In this document: positions 26,748 to 37,216 of the stretch, piece by piece
Position numbering within the stretch: the first letter of the stretch is position 1
How the letters are laid out: the number at the start of each line of letters is the position of its first letter
From: Mobula hypostoma
Taxonomy: Eukaryota
DNA length: 64,000 nt
NCBI RefSeq assembly: GCF_963921235.1
Contig: NC_086097.1
Span: 124,064,001-124,128,000, forward strand
Direction: 5' to 3'
Program-made: the position numbers and the translations under genes
The notes under the pieces: generated by a model
The model's database searches: none
What the model was told of the DNA's origin: nothing
The model's input: only the letters and a program-made list of their open reading frames with translations

Positions 26748-27970
26748 AATTGAATTGAAAGACCTTTATTGTCATTATACATAGGTACAATATAACTCTG
26801 TTTGGCTTCCTCTCAGGCAATTAAATAAAGCGGTAGATAAAAACAAGACAGTAATAGAAAAACAGTATTAAATAGATAAGTAACAGAAAATAAGTTGCAG
26901 CAGCACCAGAATATCACAGTAATGCACAAAGTGCTGTTAGTGCAAGTATTTGAGTGCTTGTGTGTGCTGACAGTTTCAGTCATTGTTCTGTGGGAGTGGT
27001 GTGATGGAGGCCACAGCTCTGGGATAGAAGCTGTTCCTCAGTCTATTTGTTCTGGCTTTTAGTGTCCTGAACCCTTTTGCTGGACGGCAGCGGGTCAAAC
27101 AGGGAGTGGCCAGGGTGTGTGGTATCTCTGGTTATGCTGATTGCTTTCCTCCTGAGTCTTAAACACAAAATAATCTGCAGATGCTGTTGTCAAAGGAACA
27201 CTCACAATGCGCTGGAGGAACTCAGCAGGTCAGTCAGCATGACGCTGACTGACCTGCTGAGTTCCTCCAGCGCATTGTGAGTGTTCCTCCTGAGTCTGCT
27301 GGAGTAGATGGTGTCCAGTCCTGGGAGCTCCATCCTGACAATTCACTGGGCCGCCTTCACCACGCGATGCAGGTCTTGTCGCTCAGCAGCTGTGCAGCTG
27401 GCGTACCACACTGTGGCGCTGTTGGTCAGGATGGTTTCAATTGTGCTTCTGTAGAAGTTAAGCAACAGCTTTTGTGGGAGTTTGGCCTGTTTCAGCTTTC
27501 TGAGGAAGAAGAATCTTTGTTGTGCCTTTTTTACAAGCAGTGAGGTGTTGGTGGTCCATGTCAGCTGTTTTGACAACATAACTCCAAGGAACTTATGTTT
27601 TCCACACTTTCCACTACCTCTCCATGTATATGGAGGGGGGTGTGTACTCTGTCCTTTGATCTCCTGAAGTCAGTGATCATCTCTTTTGTTTTAGAAGTGT
27701 TAAGGACCAGGTCGTTGTCCTTACACCACTGCGTCAGACGATCCACCTCAAGCCTGTAGGCTGTTTCATCCTCGTCCGAGATCAGGCCAACCACTGTGGT
27801 ATCATCCGCAAATTATTGATGGAGTTGGAGGTGTAGATGGGGGTGCAGTCATGTGTGAAGAGTGTGTAGAGCCTAGGGCTCAGCACACAGCCCTGCTGAG
27901 ATGAGGGTGGTGGAGGTGTGCTTACCAATTCTGATTTGCTGTGGTCGGTCTGTGAGAAAGTCCATGACCC
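26748..27970 (-). mobile_element. 5'-truncated Rex1/Babar LINE nested in the CR1
   Basis: QGCVLSPRLYTLFTHDC, LNTSKTKEMITDFRR, KKAQQRFFFLRKL motifs and a (TTCAA)n tail at 26743-26759. CR1 sequence is contiguous across the insertion. Confidence 0.9.
27160..27283. mobile_element. Fold-back terminus of a second PLE family (perfect 45-bp hairpin)
   Basis: Arms 27194-27238 and 27244-27288 are exact reverse complements. 14-bp TSD ttcctcctgagtct at 27146-27159 and 27284-27297. Confidence 0.88.
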
Positions 27971-30900
27971 ATGCAGTACGAATTCAAACACATGATCTCT
28001 GCCTCCTCAGGGTTCCTTTAAGTTAAGATCCCTAATAAGATCTGGGTTATTACACAACACCCAATCTAAGATAGCCTTTCCCCAAGGAGGCTCAGGCACA
28101 AGCTGCTCTAAAAGCTATCTCGTAGGCATTCAATAAATTCCCTGCCTTGCAATCTGACACCAGCCTGATTTTCCCAGTTCCCTTGCGCATTGAAGTCCCC
28201 CATTACAATTGTGTCATTACCACTATTACATGCCTTTTCCAGCTCCCTTTGCAATCTTAACCCTTCATCTTGGCTACCATTTAGGTGTCTATATATGATT
28301 CCCATAATTTTTTTTTTAACCTTTGCAATTTTTTTAACTCTTCCCACAAAAATTCAATGTTCTCTGACCCCATGTCAACTCTTTCTAAAGATTTAACTCC
28401 AACAGACCCACACCACTGCCTATGCTTTCTTGCCTGTCCTTTCAATACAAAGTATATCCTTTGATGTTAAGCTCCCAAATATGGCCTTCTTTCAGCCACG
28501 ACTCAGTGATGCCCACAATTTCATACCAACCAATCTCTAATTGCACCACAAGTTCGTCCACCGTATTCTGAATGCTTTGTGTATTTAAATACAGCATATT
28601 CAGTCCTGCGTTCCTTGCCCTTTTGAATTTTGCCTCTGTGGTACAATTTTACTCTTTGCTCCGTCTGCATTTGTACCCAATCATTGGCTTGTCTTTCCTT
28701 ACATTTATGCTACACCCATCATCTACTTGTAAACCTGCTGGCTCATCCTCAGCTCCATCATACTGATTTCCATCCCCCTGCCATATTAGTTTACACCACT
28801 CCCAACAGCTCTAGTAAATCTGTCTGCAAGAATATTTGTCCTCCTTGGATTCAAGTGTAATCTGTCCCTTTTGTACAGGTTCCATCTGCCCCAGAAGATG
28901 TCCCAATTATCTGGAAATCTGAATTCCTGCCCCCTGCTCCAATTCTTCAGCCGCACATTTATCTGTCACCTCATTCTACTCATATCCTCACTGTCGTGTG
29001 GCAAAGGCAGTAATCCTGAGATTACTACCCTTGAGGTCTTGCTTCTCAGCTTCCTTCCTAATTCCCTATATCCTTTTTTCAGGACCTCCTCCCTTTTTCT
29101 TCCTATGTCATTGGTCCCAATATGTACCGCGACTTCTGGCTGCTTACCCTCTCTTTTCAGGATATCATGGACACATCCAGAAACATCTTGGACCCTGGCA
29201 CCTGGGAGGCAAACTACCATCCAGGTTTCCTTTTTGCATCCACAGAATCATCTGCCTGTCCCCCTGACTATAAAGTCAGCTATTACTGCTGCCATCCTCT
29301 TCAGTTTCCTACTCTTCTAAGCCACAGGGACAAACTCAGTGCCAGAGCTATTGCTTCCCCCAAGTAGGTTGTCCCCCCCACCCCCCAACAGTACTCAAAA
29401 TGGAGTACTTATTGTTGGCGGGGGGCGGGGGATGGCCACAGGGCTGCTCTCCACTATCTGACGTTCTCCCTTCCCTCTCCTGACAGTCACCCATTTATCT
29501 GTCTCCTGTAGCCTTACCTCCCTGTAGCTCCTGCCTATTACCGCTTCATTTTCCCCAACAAGCATTGAGCCGCGAGCTGCAGTTCCCTAACACAGTCTCT
29601 AAGGAGCTGCATCTCGATCCACCTGAGGCAGATGTGGCCATTGGGGATGCTGGGAGTCTCCTGGAAATCCCTGATCTGACATCTAGAACAGGACACTGAC
29701 ATACCCTTATTCTCTCAAGATTTAAGTATGAAATAAGGAATGAACTTGCGTCCGCCTGTTCTGGCTGAAGCTTTGTTGTGCCAAAGCCTTACTACTCTGC
29801 CTCAGACTACTCCCACAGTGACAGATGCATCCACCTCTATCACAAAAAGTCTGGAGGGATGGTGGAGAATGGGAGTGGTAGTGAAGTATATCTTGAGCTC
29901 CTCGAAACTGTGGTCTCTGCTTATTTGTGAGATAGGCGACTTGGTGAGGAGGGTGAGAGGAGTGGTGAATTGGCTGTAGTTTCTGATGAAATGGCAAAAG
30001 AAGTTGGAGAAGCCCAAGAGGTGCTGTAGCTGTTTGAGGGAGCACAGTTGGAGCTATTCAACGATGGCGCCCACTTTCTGTAGGACTATGGTTACGCCTT
30101 GGGGTGAAGGAATGTAACCAAGGAAGGAAATGACTGGGGCACGGAATTACTATTTCTCTAACTTGCAGTACAGTTGGTTTTCGAAGAGTCAGATGTGGAC
30201 TTGATGATGAGGATGTCATCAATGTAGACAAAAACAGACCTGTGTGGCATGTCTCAGAGGATCTCGTTGATGAAGGCTTAGAATACGATTGGACTGTTAG
30301 AATGTCTGAAAGGCGTCACCATGTACTTGTAGTAACCAGTGAGTGCTACGAATACAGACTTCTGCTCATCCTCCTGCTGGATGCAGATCAGACTGTATGC
30401 AGTCTGTAGATCCAGTTTGCTGTAGATCTGGGCTCCATGGTGTGTTTTGAAGGGAAGCAGCTAGCGGTTCTTAATGGTGATTTTGTTGAGTCCATATAGT
30501 TAATGCAGGGTTGAAGTGCTCCATCTTTCTTCTTGACAAAGAAGAATCCTGAATTGGCTGGGGACGGGAATGGTCAAATGAGGCTGTGCTGTAGCGCTTT
30601 GGTGATGCAGTCATTTATGACTTGGGTCTCAGGAGGGGAGAAGGAGAACAGGTGACCTCGGGGAGGGGTGGCGCCCGGAAGAAGTCGATTGCGCAGTGAT
30701 GTGGTCTGTGAGACAGAAGGGTACTGGCTTCCCTTTTTACTGAAGGAGGTGGTTAAATTGTGGTATTCCTGTGGGAGTTCGGTGAGGTTAAGGCTTTTCT
30801 GTCTCCACAGATTTATGGGGTGAGGTCAGCTGAGGGTGCAGGCAAGTGGTCCAGCAGGTGGGTCCCCAACTCAGCAATGAACTGGTTGACCAGGCGATGT

Positions 30901-31612
30901 GAGGATCGAGAGTAGAGAGCCAGGGGTAACCCAAGATGAGAGGAGTGTTGGATGAGTTGACCAGGAGGAATTGGATGGACCTCTCGGTGCTCTCTGATGT
31001 TCATATGCACAGGCTGCATGTGCACTCTGACCATTCCAGACCCCAAGGGACATCCGTCAATTGCTTTGTCAATTCAGAGGGCCAGACTGCATTCCAGTTG
31101 CACTCCACTGCGAGGGTCTGGAATTCCACAGTGTAATCCAGCACTGAGCATGAGCCTTGATACAGGTGAGGTATCCAATCTGCTGTCACCCTTTCACTTC
31201 CAGATGGTAAAAAGCTCGGTGCATCCCAGCAGCGAATTCCTCGTATTGATTGCAAATGTGGATTTTATTGACCCAGTTAGCGGCAGCCCAGGTCAGAGAG
31301 AAATAATGAAGGCAATTTTGACTCAGTCCGTAATATTAAAAGAGATGGCTGGAGCTCAAAGTGCAAGACATATTGGGATAGGAAGTTGTAGCATCATGTT
31401 GGGGGACTGTCAAAGCAGTCGAGCACCAGTTTCCAGGGCTCTGAGGGAGGAGGCTGACTGGTGTAGGGTTGCTTTATCAAGACAGAGAGCTGGTTGAGAA
31501 TGGTGAGCAGATGGTCAATGGTTTCCTGCTGCTTCTGGATCATGTACACGCATTGGTGGGCAGCTTCCTTTAGGCAAGCAGACTGCTTAGTCAATCATGG
31601 ATTCACACAGTC

Positions 31613-31934
31613 TGTTAAGAAGTGAAGAGGAGGCTTGATACAAATGCAGAGCAACAGAGATGATTTAGCGGTGAGCAATAACTTTAATGATAAACTGCAA
31701 AATAACAAGCCACATGGGGCCACAAATAAGAGAACAGACATTGAACTTAACAGGGCAACAGATAACTGAAGGCTAGGAGCATCTGGATGAGGCTGGCTGC
31801 GTCAACTGGTGAACAAGGATTGTGGATGAAAGCTGTGTTTAAATAGGCTGCAGGTGATGAGTTGAAAACGAGCAGCAGGTGACTTCTGTTAGCTAACTGG
31901 AGGCTGGAACAGGCCTGCGTGTACAGGCCTGACA
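31613..31934 (-). repeat. 5' LTR of the Gypsy element
   Basis: TGTCAGG...CTTAACA termini on -, TATTTAAA box at ~31838-31845, ATTAAA signal, directly upstream of gag. Confidence 0.75.
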
Positions 31935-32811
31935 TACTGATTGATCTAAGCTCAGATAATTTCTTCTTCCTCCCTCTTCTCTCTTTTTCCATTTCCCATT
32001 CTGGTTCTCCTCTTCACCCTTCTCTTCTCCTCACCTCCCTATCATCTCCCTTTGGTATCCCTCCTTCCCTTTCTCCCATTGTACACTCTCCTGTCATATC
32101 AACCCTTTACTTTTCCACTTATTACCTCGCACCTTCTCCTGGGGTTGGAGACATATGTATGGAGAGGAGCGTTGGAAGCGTATGTGTATGTAAGAAGAAG
32201 AGAGTGGGAAAGGAGCTTGTTGTACTGTTGTTATTTGCTATTGTTGTGTTGTGATTATCATTTGTATAAGCTATTCTTCTGAACTTTGTGTGTATGCTAT
32301 GTTGGCGCTAGAATGTATGGTGACATTTCTAGGCTACCCCCAACGCGTCCTTGGGTGTGTTGTTAACATAAATGAATCATTTCACTCTATGGTTCGGTAT
32401 ACATGTGATAAATAAATCTGAATCTGAAACAGTTCAATAGATTAAGCATGATGAATTTATTTAGCAAGTGTTGATAAATTTAGTGATGTTTACTTTAAAA
32501 AATATATTAATTTTCTGGGATCTGGTAATTGCTGGAAAAATCAACGTAGCAGCATTTATTGCCCTTGAGAAGGTGGTGGGGAGCTCCCTTCTTTAACAGC
32601 TACTGTCCTGTCGATGAACGTTCTTCCACTATGCTATTGGATAAAGTGTTCCAGTATTTACACCCATTGACAATGAAGGACTAATTGTTGGTGAGATATC
32701 CTTCTTAATGTAATGCAAGCGTGATGTTGACTAAATTATAATCTGAATAATTTTATTGGGGTTTTAACAGTGGATATTGTGCTGTTTACTTTTCTCTTGC
32801 ATTATTTACAG

Positions 32812-32918
32812 CATATCTGCGCCGTGCCACCGTTTATAAACATTTGGGGAACCATCAAGAAGCAATAGATGATTTAAAGAAAGTGTTGCAAGCAGAACCA
32901 GACAATTCCATAGCCAAG
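32812..32918 (+). CDS. SPAG1: SPAG1 coding exon, TPR domain 1
   Basis: tttacag acceptor, gtaaga donor. 107 nt, phase 1-0. AYLRRATVYKHLGNHQEAIDDLKKVLQAEPDNSIAK. Confidence 0.96.
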
Positions 32919-34076
32919 GTAAGAACAAGGGAATCTTTAGTATGAAACAAGATCGGAACTTAACCATCCTTGTTAACTAATTAGAGATATGTGAGCCAGC
33001 ATACTTGAAGGAATTTAATATAAAATAGATGGAAATTATGAGGTTTAAATTAGGTAGAAGAATACCTTTCATTTTGTTAAACTAAATTTTTCTTTACTAT
33101 ATTATACTTGGTACCATCAGTTGTTTAAAAATTTGTTCTTTACGTATGACATCCTGAAATTTAGGAAGGTGCAAGAAGTCTTTCATTCCATTTTTTGACA
33201 ACAGATTTTGTTGACTTTCTACTTTTTAATGCTGGACAAGATTTTAATTGGGGGAAAATTGATCAAGGGAGAACACATCCGAATGTTAACTCTTCAGCAG
33301 GTATTGGATTACAGAATATATAGTATTGCTACTTCAATCTGAGAAAGACCCCTTTTACATCATGTTCTAGTGAAACATACATTTCTCTGTTTGATTGGGC
33401 AATGGAAACTCTTTAATAAAGAGGAAGATTAGCTTTATTTGTCACGTGTACATTGAAACATGCAGTGAAATGCATCGTTTGCATCATATCATTGAAGATT
33501 GTGCTGAGAAGCCTGCAAGTGTCCCCATGACTCTGGCACCAACATGGCACGCCCACAGCTCACTAACCCAGCTGGTACATCTTTGGAATGTGGGAGGAAA
33601 CCCACATAGTCATAGGGAAAATGTACAAACTCCTGACAGAGGACTTTCTCTCTCTCTCACTTTCAAGGACTCTACAACCCACGTTCTTGGCATTGTTTAT
33701 TTATTTTGTATTTGCACAGTTTGTCTTTTGCACATTGGTTGTTTATCAGTCTTGTAATTTTTAATTGGTTCCTTTATAGTTTGTTCTGCTGTGAATGCTC
33801 AGAAGAAGATGAATCTCAGAGAAGTATATGGTGACATCGACATATTTTGATAATAAATTTACTTTGAACTTTGAACGGAGAGTAGTGGGCATTGAATGCC
33901 GATTTTATAGCTAGGGCTGTAAAGCAATTGCATTAACTGCTGTGCTTCCATGCCATCCTTAATAGTTTAAGTAAAATATAAATGATTTGCAGCATGTGGG
34001 ATTCCTTTATCATTTACTAAATTAAAAACAGTGTAGTTCAGAGTGATTCACTCGTCTCCTACTTGTTCACTTTCAG

Positions 34077-34218
34077 AATTTGCTTCAGGAACTTGAGCGG
34101 AATCTGAAAGACTTGCAACCTCCTATGAAAATATCGAAGAAAGGGAAAAAGATGTTTATTAAAACAATAGAAGACTCTGACGAGGAACAGCAAAGAGAAT
34201 ATGCAGACAAAAATAAAG
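34077..34218 (+). CDS. SPAG1: SPAG1 coding exon, post-TPR1 linker
   Basis: ctttcag acceptor, gtgaga donor. 142 nt, phase 0-1. NLLQELERNLKDLQPPMKISKKGKKMFIKTIEDSDEEQQREYADKNK resembles the KGKRMxIxEIExSED motif. Confidence 0.93.
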
Positions 34219-34824
34219 GTGAGAATGGCTGTCAGATTTATCTGTACCCAGTTTAGTTTTCCTTCATCATTTTCTTGACATATCCCCTGCACAAATACAA
34301 GGTAATTTAATATGGCTTTGTCTTTCTCTTAACCAAAATCTGAACTATTGAAGAATAGACTGAGATGGTTAAAAACACTTGGAATTATTAGTTTCTTTGT
34401 TTCTTTCATGGCTTCACAATCAGCCTTGGAAAATTGTTTGAAGTAATACAAGTTTTTTCAAGTAAACACAGCAGAAACAATTCAACGATAGCTGCTACTA
34501 TCATTGTGTAGTATATTAGTGCTGTAAAACAAAAAGACCTTATAGACTCCAAAATTAATATGTTTGAGAAGATGAGTAGAAGGGAAGGAGCAATAGCTGG
34601 ATGTCACCTCTCTGGGTACCCACTTTCAACCTGAAGGCTCTCTTAAATGCCTTTCTACAATCAATGCAGTTAATGTACAATATTACTTTATACAAATATT
34701 TTATCATATAAAACATATACACGGTACTGTGCAAAAGTCTGAAGCACATGTACATTGCGAGGATCCCTCTGACTTTTGCATGCAAAAAAACCCACAGATT
34801 TCATGACATATGTGAGTGTTGATT

Positions 34825-35140
34825 AACCTGACTCTGATTTGGGTCTCTGTTGTGGACTGATAGTATGAAGGGAACAGGGAGAGGGCAATCATGGTATGAA
34901 AAAGGGGAAGGGAGATGGGAGGGAGCAGGAAGCTCCTAAGAGACATTCTGTAATGATCAATAAACCAATTGTTTGGATTCAGATGACCTTACCTTGTGTC
35001 TCAGCGCTGGGTGTGTCTGCACCCATGTCACCCACAGCCCTGGCAGTCCTTCTCTGCCACCTGTCACGGACCTCTCCCATGTCACTCTACCCTTGCATTC
35101 CCAACATCCTTTCTTCCTGCCAGATTACAAACTCGCTCTC
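34825..35140 (+). repeat. Unclassified interspersed repeat (second copy inverted at ~47805-48075)
   Basis: Shared gacattctgtaatgatcaa.aaaccaattgtttgga...ccttgc(c)attcccaacatcctt motif. Both copies lie next to short cagtactgtgcaaaagtctt Tc1-like ends. Confidence 0.65.
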
Positions 35141-35229
35141 CACTCCCTTACAGTATTGTGAAAAAGTCTTCACTGTCATGTTTTTTTCAAATCTTTTATT
35201 ATTATTATTATCCAAAATTAACACGAGTA

Positions 35230-36666
35230 CAGGTTTCCCCCGCCATCCGAAGGCAGAGCGTTCCTATGAAACAGTTCGTCAGCCAGAATGTCGTAATGTG
35301 AAGAAACAATTGCCATTTATTTATATGGGAAAAATTTGTGAGCATTCGCAGACCCAAAAATAACCTACCAAATCATGCCAAATAATACATAAAACCTAAA
35401 ATAACAGTAACATATAGTAAAAGCAGGAATGATATAAATACGCAGCCTATGTAAAGTAGAAGTACCTTCCTACAATCATTGCCGCACTGTTCTCCGTAGC
35501 GAAAATCTCACGCAAGCGCTCTCGGCAGAAACACTCTCTCAGTAACCTTTAAGCTATGAAGCTGCCAAATCATACCAAATAATGCATAAAAATATGCAGC
35601 CTATATAAAGTAGAAATAATGTATGTACAGTGTAGTATCACTTTCCGGAATTGGGAAGACATCGAGCACACTGATGATGGTGTGTTAGGCTGACTTGTCA
35701 GAGGTTGGGGTGGTCCAGTGGCCCCCAACCTTCAGGCCACGAACCGATACTGATCCGTGAAGCATGCAGGGGTACATTGGTAGCCAGGACGCACCCAGCA
35801 CATCTTTAAGAAGAAAGCAGAAATAAACAAGCTAATTAATTCGATGCCGCCCGACACATAACTGTCGGCCCAGATCAGAGGCGGTGCAATCGGCGATTGC
35901 CGATTTGTGGAGGTGTCATCTCATTGTCGTCTGTTTCCATCAGGGCAGGCAGGTCATCTTCTTCTATGTCTGCCTGCCTCGACGTCGAAGTTCGAGGTTC
36001 GTCGTCTGCTGTGGCTGATGTGGAAGGCTTGCTTGACTGCTTAGCCTCACGCATTTTTCTATTATACAGTTCTTTGTAAGCACTCAAACTATCTTGCAAA
36101 TATGCCCTAAACCGATGTACCCTTTCAAAATTAAAGTCATACTTTAACATTGCAGTGAAAATCTCACACAGTTGCTTCACATTCAGTTCTTGGACGACTT
36201 CACTTTTGGTCCGTTCACTACTGCATTCGGTTTCGATTGTTATCCTTTCCTCTTCCAATTGCATCAGCTCTTCATCTATCAGTTCTTGGTCATGGGATGT
36301 CAAAACCTCTTCAACATCATCTTCATCAACGTCCATAAGCCAAACTCACTTTGTCCTTGCTTCGTTCACCACGATCAAAACGCTTAATTATGTCTTGTTT
36401 TACGCTAAGTGTAACACTCTTACGAACTCTTTTAGGCTTTTCCGATACCTTAGAACTCATCTTGCTAATGGCTGCTCACAGGCACGTATTTAAGCAATGC
36501 CGGCGAGAATGCAGTTCCGGGGGAGGAGCTTGGCTGCTCGGGGTACATGCTGCCTTTTTTCGTATCAGTGAAAACACCTTCTTTTAGTGAAAACAGGTAA
36601 ATAATGTAGGCCTTTCGTAACAGTGAGGTTTCGTAAAGCGAATGTTCGAAAAGCGGGGGGCACCTG
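35230..36666 (-). mobile_element. Internally deleted Tigger/pogo DNA transposon
   Basis: TIRs caggt(tt/g)cccccgc with TA at 35228-29 and 36667-68. N-terminal MSSKVSEKPKRVRKSVTLSVKQDIIKRFDRGER (ATG at 36460) abuts the acidic C-terminal tail (ORF 35875-36336). The DDE core is absent. Confidence 0.9.
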
Positions 36667-36839
36667 TACATCGAAGTAAGCAACACTTAAAAGGTCTCAA
36701 GAAAAAAAACATTATTTTAAAGATTGAAAAAATTTTGGTGATTTTAAAAAAACCCCTACTAAGCAAGAAAAAGTGGGAAAAGGTGGGGGGAAAAGGTCTT
36801 GACTGTTATGTTCCTTTCATTGACTAAATGAACAAAATC

Positions 36840-37090
36840 TGTGTAGACACTTAGACAATGGACAGACTTAAACAATGCTTTTGACAATTGCACCCTCTGA
36901 GCACGATGTAGTGTCTAATGGACAATCAAGTGCACACATCTGCTGTTTGGCAAAAGTCTCCTGTCCTAATTGTAATAGTGGCATAGTGTCTCAAATAAGT
37001 GAAGGGAATCCTGGCAATTTTCTCAATTAGTTTTTGTTCTTAAAGAATTGTCCCAAATAAGCAGCTGCCCTGATTAACCAGAGTCCACTG
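36840..37090. mobile_element. Right-end fragment of a pogo-like non-autonomous element (same family as 52706-53480)
   Basis: Shared tgtagtgtctaatgg...ttagtttttgttcttaaag..ttgtcccaaataa...ccactg|ta. Confidence 0.7.
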
Positions 37091-37216
37091 TATGTGATAT
37101 ATGATATGTAATTAATAATTCAATATAGTCAAAAAGGGAACATTTCCAGCCTAAAGGGTAACCAGATGACAAAGAATTACTTCACAATTTATAGACTTTC
37201 TTTCAAAGACTCTACA

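Larger units (their letters stand above)
25021..29821 (-). mobile_element. Near full-length decayed CR1 LINE (5' UTR, ORF1 with SGNH esterase, ORF2 APE-RT, 3' tail)
   Basis: ORF1 VCLPGARVQDV..VHIGTNDIG..VVISGLLP (28966-29220). APE IVMGDFN (28108-28347). RT NYRPVSLTS, YLDFQK, SGVPQG, KLADD. Tail cctatgtcttatgg. Inserted inside the Gypsy RNase H. Confidence 0.93.
23560..31934 (-). mobile_element. Decayed Ty3/Gypsy LTR retrotransposon (Tf1/Sushi-like), split by nested LINEs
   Basis: In order on -: LTR 31934-31613; gag (GSCSVLDYTVEFQTLAVECNWN); RT ([19 protein letters not shown] ~30210); RNase H (EVDAS ~29830, resuming WRHWLMG..IWTDHQN ~24850); integrase (CPQC, LLQPLLVP, VIRLHGFP; PGNYVWLST..FIGPFKI). 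The 3' LTR is missing. Confidence 0.92.
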
